Below are positions 39,546 through 52,350 of a stretch of DNA of 64,000 nucleotides, one piece after another. A program made the position numbers and the translations under genes. The stretch comes from Squalus acanthias (taxonomy: Eukaryota). The notes under the pieces are model-generated. The model was not told where the DNA came from and ran no database searches. It was given only the letters and a program-made list of their open reading frames with translations. Each line of letters starts with the position of its first letter. Positions within the stretch are counted from its first letter, which is position 1. Location of the stretch: the NCBI GenBank assembly GCA_030390025.1, contig CM059430.1, positions 52,018,001 through 52,082,000 on the forward strand, in the 5' to 3' direction.

Positions 39546-40560
39546 TCTTTAACTTATACACAGTATTTTATACGCAGGTTTTCATGCTCATTAGCACAGA
39601 CTAAGAGAAGGCTAGCTACTGTAGAAATAAATGTGCCACCACTGACATCTAAAGCAGCAGCTACGGAGAAAGAAACACTGAATATCACACTGAAGGAAAC
39701 TGGTTCCTGCATGACCAACAGTCACACCCATCAAAATCGAGAAGCAGCCGTGTCACAGTCAGGGACTTTATTTTTAACATGTTTTTGCGAGCTCTTTGTG
39801 AGCTGACATATCGTGGCTCAGGCTCTCAATTCAGAAAATACTCAATAATTCGGAAGGTGAATGAATGGGCTTGTGAAAGGAGCTTTGCTAAGAGAACTGG
39901 AATTTACCATGGCAACTACATCTGCTTACGTCAGCCTCAATTTGCATTAAGGTCACAGAATAAATTCTTTTCCAAATGAAGGAACAATTTTTATTTTTAT
40001 TTTTGACTGCATTGCATTACCGATCAAACAAAGCACTTGTCCCGGTGAGCATGTGACCAACATTAGAATATCTTTACGCTCTTTGCCAATGTATGCAGGT
40101 TTGGACGTCTGCAGTACATTTTGATTTCCCCCCCCCTCTCAGTTTTATCCTTTATTAAATCCTACCCTGTGGTGTAGTGGCAGTTTTACAGTGGGGATAC
40201 TGTACGTCAGTGTAACGATTTTTGACACTTGATGCATTTTCAAGCTTGTTGGAATAGGCTTTTTAAATACACGGAGACATTTTTCAGCTGTGTGCAATGC
40301 TTCATGTAAGAGAATATACTCACTGCGCTGGACTGAAAACTGTAATGGTGAATCATGTACATTGTGTCAATTTATTATAATTGCTGGTTTCTTGCTGTAC
40401 CACTGTACTTCTGAGCCTAGAAATTACTGTTTGCAATTTGAGTCTGCAATTCCTTCTGTCTGCTATTTTAATGCAAGCGTAAATCCATTTATTTTAAACT
40501 TTGTAAACACCTCAGTTAAAATACAGAGAGGATTTTCATACGAACATATTAAACAGTGGT

Positions 40561-41027
40561 AAAAAGAAAAGAAAGACTTGCATTTATATAGCGCCTTTCA
40601 CTACCTCAGGTCGTCCCAACGCACTTTACAGCCAATGAAATACTTTTGAAGTGTAGTCACTGTTGTAATGTAGGAAATGCGGCAGCCAATTTGCACACAG
40701 CAAGCTCTCACAAAGAGCAATGAGATAATGACCAGATAATCTGTTGTAGTGATATTGATTGAGGGATAAATATTGGCCAGGACATCGGGGATAACTCCCC
40801 TGCTCTTCCTCAAAATAGTGCCGTGGGATCTTTTACATTCACCTGAGGGGGCAGACGGGACCTCGGTTTAACGTCTCATCTGAAAAATGGCACCCCAGAC
40901 AGTGCAGCTCTCCCTCAGCACTGCACTGAAGTCTCAGCCTAGAATTTGTGCTCAAGTCTCTGGACTGGGACTTGAACCCACAACCTTCTGACTCAGAGGT
41001 GAGAGTGCTACCCACTGAGCCATGGCT
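40561..41027 (-). mobile_element. Full-length SacSINE1-like DeuSINE
   Basis: tRNA head with A box TGGCTCAGTGG and B box GGTTCAAGTCC, Deu-like core gagacgttaaaccgaggtcc...aaagatccc, L2-like tail. Confidence 0.82.
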
Positions 41028-41395
41028 GAGGTAACTTCTAGGCTTCGGTCTCAAAAATGAATTGCTAATAATATTAAAGTATAAAATAGCTCTTTGTTGC
41101 AGTAACTGACATAGGACCTTCTTATCTTCATCGGGAGGTGCCTCGGCCTTGTGGAATTTGTCATCTTGTGCTCGTGTCAGGACCTTTAGCCTCCAAAAAT
41201 CAAAAGCATGTGCACTCAGTATACCCTGGCATAGCCTCCACTACAGGCCTGCTCCTGCACTGGAGGCACAGAGCCAAGCGAGGCTTTGGTTCTGCAGGCA
41301 TTGGTAGACCTCTGGTACATCACACAAGTGGCAGCCTTTCAGGTGCAAAGCTCAACCTCAAGTGTTGGCAGACTCTTCAAACAAGAGTCCATCAC

Positions 41396-41547
41396 ACTCT
41401 CTCCATCCCTCTACCTCAACCTCGCTCCGTCCCTCTACCTCACCCTCTCTCCGTCCCTCTACCTCACCCTCCGTCCCTCTACCTCAACCTCGCTCCGTCC
41501 CTCTACCTCACCCTCTCTCCGTCCCTCTACCTCACCCTCTGTCCCTC
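41396..41547. repeat. Pyrimidine-rich minisatellite (~20-24-bp unit ccgtccctctacctca(a)cc..)
   Basis: About six tandem units are visible. Confidence 0.9.
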
Positions 41548-42179
41548 TAACTTTCCCTCTCCAGCCAGGAGCCACTCCATTGTGATCAGGAGCAGGAACC
41601 CCAACTGATTTTCCCCATATTAGCTGAATGATGCTGAAACCAATTGCAGAATCCAAACCACCGATCAGATTAAGATCAGCTAACTCTGAACCTAGGACCA
41701 TCCTGATCTCTGTGTCCTAGGGTCATACCTGGTCAAGTATTGAATTACTTAGCCATCAGGAGACCCCCATCACAGTGTTGGGGAGAAAAGAAGGGATAGT
41801 AATATTTCTTTGACTGGCTTTTTATTTAACATGGCTCGAGTTTAACGATCACCAGTCTGTAATTCAGATTATATCTTGAGCAAATAGCTTAGGTTGTGTA
41901 AAAGACCAAGCGAGCTGTACAGCATTCACGCACTGCAGAGAAACCCTTACAGTAATTTCACTAGTTTTCTAATGATAATACTGTCCACAGTGAATGTAGC
42001 ATTCCTGAAAATCCGATGTACATGGGCCACGCACTCTGAACTCTAGACTAAATATTCCATCTGCATGAATAAACGTGAGAGTTGCGTTACGTCGATAAGA
42101 TTGGTATGGGTGGGGCGGGGGGGCAGCCGCTCAGATATGGGTGGTCATTTTGTAATGAGGCACAAATGACGAGAATAAA

Positions 42180-42508
42180 AGAAAAAAAGACTTGCATTTA
42201 TATAGCGCCTTTCACGACCACCGGACGTCTCAAAGTGATTTACAGCCAATGAAGTACTTTTGAAGTGGAGTCACGGTTGTAATGTGGGAAACGCAGCAGC
42301 CAATTTGCGCACAGCAAGCGCCCACAAACAGCAATGTGATAATGACCAGATAATCTGTTTTTTTTTGTTTTGTTGTTTGAGGGATAAATATTGGCCAGGA
42401 CACCAGGGATAACTCCCCTGCTCTTCTTCGAAATAGTGCCATGGGATCTTTTATGTCCACCTGAGAGCGCAGACGGGGCCTCGGTTTAACGTCTCATCCG
42501 AAAGACGG
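42180..42508 (-). mobile_element. SacSINE1-like SINE, 5'-truncated
   Basis: Collinear with 40570-40885. Confidence 0.82.
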
Positions 42509-42684
42509 ATATACATCAATGACATAGCTCCCTGTCATTGGCACCATAGCAACGTTGGCTATTAGGAATGCCATGCACTCCTGGCAGCCAGAACTCCTCT
42601 AGGGACTGTAGAGAATTTAAATTTTAACAGGCTGCGTTACCCAGTGCAATCTATTGTTCTCGGCAAGGCAGGAAATATGGAAGA

Positions 42685-42758
42685 CATATATATACACACA
42701 TACATACATACAAACACACATATATACATATACACATACATACACACACATATATATA
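42685..42758. repeat. (TA/CA) compound microsatellite
   Basis: catatatatacacacatacatacatac... Confidence 0.9.
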
Positions 42759-43567
42759 AAATCTTCAGCCTGCACCCCTGCAGCAGACCATTTCCCCGCT
42801 CCTGTCCCACCTGAGGTGGACATCCTGCAGCAGCAGATATGCCCCCGGAGGCCATCAAAATTATTCAAGTGATCCTGATCCTGGCAAATCAGCCAGGGTC
42901 AGATGTGTGGCCTTGGCTCAGGCAGAAGCCTTGCTGAAGTTCCATTACCGTGGCAACTGACAGGAAATTCTGCCCCTATGATTTCTGGGTGTCACTGTGA
43001 AAATGGTTACCTAATAAATAAAGATTTAAGAGAAAAGCCAGTCACAATATTACCCCAGGCCTAGTAAAGCCTGGGGATTCAGTGACCAGCTTTCCTGCTT
43101 CTCCCACTCCATACCTTATAGACCATTTCCGACATTGCTCATGTGGTTTAAACACCGATCGGGGTTCAAATAGCGGCAAGACTGAAATCCGCCATACGTT
43201 TAAAGGTAAACACGAAGACCATCAAAATACCTGCTACTGACTGTGGAATGCTGGGCCAGCAAAGGCTTAGGGCTTACCAAGATTGGGTTGCAAATGAAAA
43301 GATAGAAAGAAAGAGGACCGAATAAAGAGGGAGAATGCAAGTCACAAAAGGAAATATGGAAATGAGAAAAAAATATAGAAAACCAAAAAGAAAAAAAGGA
43401 ATAAAATTAGGAGCCCTGCAGGAGAGAGGGGAACAAAAACCAAGCAGATAAACCAGCTACTCATCCTTAAATGCGATACAGCTAATGAGAGCCTCATTTG
43501 GGATTTGACAGCTCAATTTCTTTAGTTTTAGTGAAAAATTCACAAAAGTATTGGTGAATATTTGTTC

Positions 43568-44398
43568 TGTAGAAAGTATATACAGACCCTTAACTTTTAC
43601 TATTTCTTGAAATGCTTTGCCAGGCAAAAAGGTTTTACAAAGTGAAATAAAGTTGGTAAATGTAACAAGCAGTCTTTCACTGATAAGGCAGGAAACATGG
43701 TCGTGACTGCAGGGGGTAGTGATAGTCAACAGAGATAAACAAACCCCCTGAATATTGTAGACATGGTGTCTCGGAGGTTAAAGGGGTGAAGTCAAACCTT
43801 TGAAGTTTTGAAATGCAGAATACGACGTAACTCATGAACCGAACCAAGTGGTTTTCTGCCACCTTTGTAAACTTTAGGAGTGAATGAACAATTTTGGGCT
43901 GTGATAAGGACAAACTGAATAATAGCCACACAGGATGTGTGAGTGTAAATGTTTGACAGCTGAAAACAGCTCAGACCAACATTAAAGGAACATTTCACTA
44001 TCTCTGAATGAATGATTTAATGCAAAAGACAAGGGAAGCTGTATAAAACACGGTGGCTGAAGAATAACAGCACTGCAGTCAGAAGAAGGTGGCTTGGCCG
44101 GTCATCTCGCCTACGAGGATCAAGCTGCAGTCAGAGGAAGGAGGGGCCTGGCCAGTCTTTTCGCTTATGAGGACCTACAATCAACGCTGGACCGATCATC
44201 GGCAGGTGGTTGTATGTATGATTGCCTGTAATATTATTGGTGGACTGCTCGAATAGTGGTTGGGGTTTTGAATCTGTCTTAGGAACAATAAAAGGTTAAA
44301 GACAGAACCCGTGTGCCTGGTGTCATTTCTCAAAAGTCTCAAAGTCTGAACTCTATAACCTGTTGGACGGGGCGAGGGGTAATTCCGCACATCTTACA
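43568..44398 (+). mobile_element. Solo LTR, 831 bp
   Basis: TGTAGA...TCTTACA termini with perfect 4-bp TSD GTTC; TATAAAA at 44042, AATAAA at 44287; ~53-bp internal tandem duplication at 44073-44175. Confidence 0.75.
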
Positions 44399-44940
44399 GT
44401 TCGGCAAATTTAGCGCCATGGAGAAGGCTTGCTCTGTGTGTGTGATGTAAAGAGAAACCAGAACGGAGTTCTTTATAAAAAGGTTTTCAATCCTGTTACA
44501 TGTAGCACAAGGAGGAAATCTTTCCCCAGTGTGATGTTGCAAATGCAGAAGAAAACAAAAGACTGCGGTGACAGAACCATGGTATTAGGAAGAATAGACT
44601 AGATCATGTCACAATGTTTGGCTATTGCCTCCCAAATCTGGGCCCCATGTTACTGCAACTCCTGCAGACTAATAACCTCTTAGTCCATGTTGGAGTCTGT
44701 GGAATTTCTAATCAAAGTTATCCAGATGAGCATCATTTAATCAAGTACAGAGTTTGAAAGTGTTCACGTCACTAATGTGAATTGTGAGCTTTCCCACCAA
44801 GAACCTACCTAACGTGTAGTACAAAGAGCAGAGCTACAGGACAATGCTCAGGATCCCTGCACCCTAACTGGGAATTTCAAAGATAGCCAACGCCTAACTA
44901 AACCGATTGTCAGAAAGGTGCCATAGCCGACCCTTTGTAC

Positions 44941-45039
44941 CTCTGCCGAGTTGTTTGCTTCGGACATCTTGGTCACTGTGGTCTGGCTCTCTCCGATAAA
45001 GTCATGTCCACCATCATTATCATAATCATAACACAGAAT
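44941..45039 (-). CDS. CPNE2: Copine-2 exon, C2B Ca-binding loop (ILCYDYDNDGGHDFIGESQTTVTKMSEANNSAE)
   Basis: ttccag|ATT...GAG|gtac; 99 nt, phase 0; carries the copine DYDxDGxHDFIG motif. Confidence 0.93.
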
Positions 45040-45212
45040 CTGGAACAAGAGAAGCACAAACACGTCGCATTAACACCTGAACTGCTGCCAAATATAGGTC
45101 AAAAGATTAACAAGCGTGGATTTGGTTTCTGGCCTGTGTAGGTGATGTGCAGAAGAATGCCAAAAGATGTTTCACAAGCCACTTTTCAGTGTCTGTTAGT
45201 TACTTTCCTTTA

Positions 45213-45540
45213 TAGAATCATGCAGCACAGAAGGAAGCCATTTGGCCCATCATGTCTGTGCCAGCTCTTAGTCCCAACTCCCTGCTCTTTCCCCATAGCA
45301 CTGCAGATTTTTCCTTTCAAGTATTTATCCAATTCCCTTTTGAAAGTTAATATTGAATCTGCTTCCACCACCCATTCAGGCAGTGCATTCCAGATTACAA
45401 CAACTCGCTGCGTAAAAAACAATTCTCCTCCTCTCCCCTCTAGTTCTTTTGTCAATTTTCTTAAATTTTGTGTCCTCTGGTTACAGACACTCCCGACACT
45501 GGAAACAGTTTCTCCTTATTTACTCCATCAAAACCTTTCA
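45213..45540 (-). mobile_element. CR1 LINE 3' end
   Basis: FFTQRVVVIWNALPEWVVEA ORF; tagaatcat tail. Confidence 0.8.
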
Positions 45541-45682
45541 TATGGCCATTATTTCTCAGGGGGCATGAGAGGGCACAACTGATTGAGGTTTGTGCTCATT
45601 CTCCTCTGTAACCAGCTCCTAGGGTGTGTAGCCCTGCCCAAACATGCCACCTGTCAGTAAAACCTGCCGGGGAAGAGGGGGG

Positions 45683-46005
45683 CCGTCTTTCAGATGAGAC
45701 GTTAAACCGAGGTCCCGTCTGCCCTCTTAAGTGGATGTAAAAGATCCCATGGTACTATTCAAAGAAGAACAGGGGAGTTCTCCCTCGTGTCCTGGCTAAT
45801 ATTTATCCCTCAACCAACATCACAAAAAACAGATTATCTGGTCATGATCTCATGGCTGTTTGTGGGACCTTGCTGTGCGCAAATTGGCTGCTGCGTTTCC
45901 TACATTACAAGTGGCTACACTTCAGAAGTATTTAATTGGTGGTAAAACGCTTTCAGGCATCCTGAGATCGTGAAAGGCACTATATAAATGAAGATCTTTC
46001 TTTCT
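45683..46005 (+). mobile_element. SacSINE1-like SINE, 5'-truncated
   Basis: Reverse complement of 42180-42508. Confidence 0.82.
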
Positions 46006-46314
46006 CTAAACTACATCAAAATTTTTCTTTAGTGCGGCCTGGTGGAGCAGGGGTGCTTTTCCAGGGCTAACAAGGAGAGTCTGGGCCTCTGCTGCCCCCT
46101 GGTTTCCCTTCATTCCCACCATGTTGAGATTGTCGAGCAAGGAGTGTTGCTTCGCCAGTCAGGAACACGCTGCCCTGAATGCTCCAGCACCCTGGCCACT
46201 GGTTCAATTTGTGAATAGTTTCTTTTTTTAGAATCAAAGTTTAAAATGAGTATGATTGCTTGGGCCATGCTTAGCTGATCTGTAAAGAAAAACTGGACTC
46301 GGAGACATACATGG

Positions 46315-46880
46315 TTGATGTCAAGGACAGCTACTCTCACCTCTCCTCTGGTATTCAGTTCTCACATCCATGTCTGGATCACAGCTGTGATGAGGTCTAG
46401 AGCCGAGTGGTTCTGGCAGAACGTGAACTGAGCATCATAGGAACAGGAGTTGGCCATTCAGCCCCTCGAGCCTGTTCCGCCATTCAATGAGATCATGGCT
46501 GATCTGTATCTTAACTCCATCTTCCCGCCTTGGTGCCATATCCCTTAATACCCTTGCCTAACAAAAATCTATCAATCTCAGTTTTGAAATTTTCAACTGA
46601 CCTAGCTTCAACAGCCTTTTGGGGGAGAGAGTTCCAGATTTCCACTAGCCTTTGTGTGAAAAAGTGCTTCCTGACATCACCCCTGAACGGCCCATCGGTG
46701 AGCAGGTTATTGGCGAGTTGGTGTTGCTTGATGGCGCTATTGATGACTCCTAACATCACATTACTGACGATTAGGGGGGAGGCTAACGGGGCAGTAATTG
46801 GATTAGATTTGTCCTGCTCTTTGTGGATAGGACATATAGGGCAATTTTCCACATCATCAGGTAGATGCTAGTGTCATAAA
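46315..46880 (-). mobile_element. Family B LINE fragment with a CR1 3' end nested at ~46437-46690
   Basis: Flanks match 13025-13330; the insert carries HFFTQRLVEIWNSLPQKAVEA. Confidence 0.78.
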
Positions 46881-47524
46881 CTGGTTTAAGCTGATCCAGT
46901 TGGAATTTTCAGCAGGGTTGTCAATTTTCAGTTAGTTTCAGAAATGTAAATGCCACCAAGAACCAGTGTGAACCAACATCTCTATACACACACACACCAC
47001 ATTGATACTAATAAGCTATACAACACGCTGACAGACTGGATAGATCAGATTATTAAAAATGTGACGCTTCTTGAAAGGAAATACAAAACTGACACCAATC
47101 CTCCTGGCGAAAGCTCTATTGTGAATGCCCATCTGTCTGTCTATCTGTGGTGACCACTGCCAACTACTTCACTTAGACCACAGCTGCCTGTTCAGGTAGA
47201 AATATCTGCAGTTAACCCGAGATAAGCTGCTGCCTGCTCTGGTCATACTTCTGCCCAAGTGAACCACAGATACATTCATGACTGATAGCCAGGAAAGGAT
47301 TGCACGTCGGTGGAAGAGACACAAGGAATGATCTACAGAAATGAGCACACTCTGAACAGAATGTACCAATGGTGAGGCATCTAAAAGTAGCATTGATCGG
47401 TGTGTTATAGATCTAATCAAAACAGTGCTGTATATTTCCTCTCCTAGAGTGTCTTTATCTCGGGTGCCACTGCAGTGCCCACTAGCAAGTGCCTTCAATT
47501 TTAACTTGCTATTTGGAAAGATCA

Positions 47525-47869
<345 letters not shown>

Positions 47870-50218
47870 CTAGTCTGTGCTGAGTTAGTTGACCTTAGCA
47901 TGGGTGGTGGTCTGGACAACACTGGGTTAAAAGGAGGAAAAATCAACCCTGGCTCAAGTGTCTGACTGCTGTCCAGCAACCCCTCCTGGAATTGCATATA
48001 TGCAAGCAAACATTGGGTGAGATAACTGGGCTTGACAGCAATGCCCCTGCAGTCCAATAGCCAGCCAATGCCAACCTTCGAGGCTTATGCCAAAATAATT
48101 CGCCATAACGGCCATTTGGGTGATATACTGCAGGGCGTCCGACACCTGTAAAACCAGCAGATAGTTAGCACCTTTAGGAGAGGAGGGGTGGGGAGAAAAT
48201 TGGTGAGGGGATTCAAATTTTGTATTATTATTAGCAACAAAATTGCACTTATCAAAGAGGAAAAGGGGATTGAAGTGGTGCAGCAGAATGAACACTGTTC
48301 CTCTGGCTCTAAGGTTCAGGTTTGGTGCCAGTCCAGAACATGACATCAAGTCTAAATCAGTTTAGGACCAGTTTCAGCTCAGTTCCCAGCACACAAAGTA
48401 CTACTGTCTACCGATTTGGCAATCCCACAGTCCCACTGAGAAAGGCAAAACAGACGAAAGGTGTTGGAAGTGGAAGGGTCACATTGATGCAGAGAGGAGA
48501 CAGTGTGAAATCAATGGAACTGAATATTGGGTGGAGAGTATAACAGGCGGGCGATGTGATTCCGCCTGTTTTGTGCTACCGCCCAACACAAATTTCTATC
48601 CCATAATGACCTGAGAGTACTTAGGTGCCGGGAGAAAATGTTCCATTCCTCATCTTGATAAACTATCGAGAAACAAATGTGCTTTCCAGCTAAAATTCAT
48701 CTAACGTGAATGAAAGTGGAATAGAGTCAGAAGTAAAATCTCTGATGACGATTCAAAGTGAAATTCTCCCTCCTTGCTGTCACGCTTTCCTTGGCTTGAC
48801 GTATGGGTCAGTCTGGGCCAAGTTCTTTTGCACAGCTGCTGCTCTCTTGTCCAGCAAGACTAATTAGCTCAATTTCCCTTCCCAATGTGGAATATTCCAT
48901 CTAAATGCTTTGGCTGAGCACTGGTGCAACACCCCCCAGTGAGGACATGGAGGAGTCCAAGTTTTCAAAGAGTCCAACATTCAGGTCCAAGCTAGCAGTT
49001 ATACCGTTGTCCCTCTGGCTTTGTTTATCAGGGACAAAAGCTTCAAAACAGAGCATCTGGTTTCAATAATTTCATATTTCAGGTTCTAATATCACGATGA
49101 TGTTCTTTTCACCTTTGGGACCTTGGTTCGAATCTAGCCCCGACACATGGGATAAAGGTCTCCTCTGTTTACTGGTTGTGAAGATCCTGCACAAAACTGC
49201 TTGGACCATCTCAATTTCTTGTGGGAAAGCATCTACCATAATTCAGTACAAACAATCTCACTCAGAGGTCCTAATGATGGCTGGTATGGGAAATTAAAAC
49301 ATCCACAACTGGTGCAGTTGTTCTCCTGAGGTTGGGGGTAGTAGAGGAAGCTTTACTCTGCATCTAACCCGTGCTATCCAAAGCCTGAAGGTGTTTGACA
49401 CTAACGCAGAGTGCCAAAACTGGAAACAACTTTACATTCATCATCATCACCTTTCAAAGCACAGATAATCAGTCCCTCCCAACATTAGTGACAGTAATGT
49501 TAATTTTAGCAATATCCATAAAACCTAGTTGATCAGTTTTATCCTTCAATGCAAGACTTATGCCGAGGGGGAGAGGGGAGGGAAGACATGTTGTGTGGCG
49601 AGAGAGAAAACATCTCATGCTTATTGACCTTTCCCCTCATAAATATGATTTTATATATTTACTTCAAATAATAGGGCAAAGCAATAAGTGTAAAAATAAA
49701 TTTGCAGTAAAACTAGAAGTGTCTCACTTGACCTTTACAGCAGAGCTGGGAGACAATGAAGTGATTCATATGCAATAAAATCTATCCACGCAAGCTGTGA
49801 TTTTAAAAGGCATTTTATATCGTATGTGTCTGACGTGACACAAATTCTAACCAGGTACTCTTGTAATTGTCACATTTAAAATATACAACCATTCATTATT
49901 GCCTCCTCAACATGGGTTATTTGGCAGCAGTGCACGATGCTTGTTTTTGCCATAGTTAATAGGATTGTGTGTGTGTGTGTTTGCTGTGGGATGAGCCACA
50001 AAATGACTAGTATAATGCCTTGTTCAGTAAAAGCTGGAGAATTCATTTGAAGAAGCATATGGCTCCATGAGCAAAATCAGGAGGGTCCCAACTTAATCTT
50101 TGGCCTGAGCAGGATTAGTTGATCTCAGGTCATGCTTTCGTGGTGTGGGCACTGTGATTAGCCTCAGTATCCTACACTAGGGAGGGGGTTTTAAAAGGGG
50201 AAAAAAAAAAATCAGCAA

Positions 50219-51039
50219 GAGGCGGAATTTCCTGTGTATTTGTGCCTGGAGGCATGCTTAATCAGGACGTAAAGCAAATACCCAGTGTAAAAGATCGGGG
50301 CAACTCGGGCGCAAGTTCGATACACTACGCTCGAATTTCCTCGCTCTTTTATGCCCATCTATTGATCCCTGCGCCCGAACGCATCTCGGCTCATTATAAT
50401 GGGTCCGCCACCAGGCTAGACAGCCATACACACAAATTCATTGCAATTGCGCTGGTTCAAAACAGGTGTAAAATTACACCCAGAATTTTAGGCGCAGCAG
50501 GAAACAAGGTAAGTTTCCTGGTACTTTATTTGCGATTTTTAAGCAATTGTTTGTTTAATTTATCTTCACTGATATCTGCACTGTTTCTTTGAATGCATTT
50601 TAATGGCATCAGTATAAGTTGAGAGGTCGCACAACACCAGGCCCGACGAAGGAGTTTTAACTCCGAAAGCTGTGATTTAAAATAAAACTGTTGGACTATA
50701 ACCTGGTGTTGTGCGACCTCTCAATTTTGTCCACCCCAGTCCAACACCGGCATCTCCGCATCATGATCAGTATAAGTCACATGATTGCTTTTTCTTAAAC
50801 ATGCTGTGCCCAATGCGAATGAATGATAGATGGCTTGAAACTTTAATTTTCATACTTAGAGAATATATGGTGAGCGTTCCACACTTTCTTCAGGCCCCAA
50901 TTGTTTATGCCGATTTTTACATTTTGACAGGAGATTGGCAGGAAATTTAGGCGTAAATTGACATCGACAAAATGGCCGCACGAATGGGGGTAACTCATGG
51001 TGTAATTTCCCAATTACGTCCCCACAGGAAATTCCTCAT
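50219..51039. mobile_element. MITE-like element hosting a Penelope mini-insertion
   Basis: Inverted termini ggaatttcctgtg / cacaggaaattcc. Confidence 0.6.
50620..50765 (+). mobile_element. Penelope-derived mini-element with degenerate hammerhead core
   Basis: 12-bp TSD ATCAGTATAAGT; perfect 23-bp inverted repeat (50619-50641 / 50702-50724); CCGACGA-A-GGAGT..ACTCC-GAAAGCT. Confidence 0.8.
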
Positions 51040-51399
51040 TCCTGATCATTATCGAGTGAGCCCTTCTGGAGAGTGTGTACATCAGACGAGTTCAGGATCA
51101 ACTGTGACAAACCCCCAAAACAGGGTGCTGAGATTCACTGTCTGGATGCACACAGGGGTAAAAGGTTGCTGGTGTCAATGGATCTGTATCCCTGCAAGAG
51201 TCACCACCTTCAGGAGAGGGAGGGAGAAGATCTTGCGGGAGGGGGAGGAATTTTACACATTGTAGCTTTTTTCACCCAGATAGAAGCTTTAAATGTTTAT
51301 GTTGCAAATGAAGACACCCCATGCATAATCGCTAGTAAAACATTACATCAATACTGATTTTAAACTGAATTCTCAAAAGTATTCATGTACATATATATT

Positions 51400-52350
51400 T
51401 TATGAAGCCATTGTACATTCTGCTTGCAGGAGGAGTGCACAGATACATCCAGATTCCTTGCAATGACCGGGCTTGGGCTGGGAGCAAGGCGAGTCAAGGG
51501 ATTGAGGCAACTTGGCTGTTTTTTTGTCTCTGGGGATTAGTTAGACTGTGTGACAGGGGAGGTCCTTGCCTTTTAGTCATCGTGTCAGTCAGAGTGACTG
51601 CCTTTCATGGTCAGTGGGTGGGGAGGTGAAGCAGTTTATGTTGAGTGAGCTTCCATGAGCAGGTCCCAGATGGGTCAATATTTCTTCAGTTCCAGGTGGA
51701 GGCCAAACAGCCCTCGTTCTGACTGGAATATGTCCCACATGTGCTTGAACCATAGTGGGCAGCTACACCTTCATATAGCTGGCAGTGAGAGCTGTGCTAG
51801 CCTGAACACTGCAGGGGAGCGCTCGCTCTCCAGTGGATAGGCGCAGCAAACAGTGGGCTGGTTCTCTGGGACTGTCAGACCAGTCATGGTCCTTGTGGTC
51901 TCCTAGCTGAATGTAGGAGTATGCCAAGAATGTGTGTCCTTCTGGCCACAGCCCCTCCAGCAGTCATACGATATGGAGGGCTGAAGTTTATGGAGTTGGG
52001 AATGGGATATGGTATCGGTGATGTATGATGTTGATGCCTTTCGTTCATCTTATTGCAGGTGGATGCCTTTCGTTCATCTTATTGCAGGTGGTGGTGCTAA
52101 GAGATGGGAAGACAGGTCGTCGTTTTTATTGATATTTTCATAGCTCTCCCTCTCCCACCCACAATGTTCCTGCAGATCGGCCAAGCAGAAGCTTCCTCCT
52201 GCAGGATGGGACCTGGTCCAGCTAGATCTTCTGTCCAGAGACAAAGTTGCACTGCTACGCAGAGCCCTAATTGACCTCTCCCGATGCGCAGCAAATAATG
52301 TTCTATGACAGTCAAAACCCGTGACTCTTTGCCTGGCATTCCTGTCTTCT
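51400..52350 (-). mobile_element. Possible very old Tx1/L1-type LINE C-terminal remnant
   Basis: Weak fragmentary similarity only (PPY motif, ALP..F..C region, GLF); no intact ORF. Confidence 0.3.
52033..52091. repeat. Perfect 29-bp tandem duplication
   Basis: gatgcctttcgttcatcttattgcaggtg x2. Confidence 0.95.

Noticed and set aside
40950-41027. tRNA-like A and B boxes
   Set aside because: Head of a SINE continuing into the Deu-like core, not a tRNA gene.
41396-41547. Regularly spaced short repeats and repetitive ORFs
   Set aside because: Simple minisatellite without unique spacers; not CRISPR and not coding.
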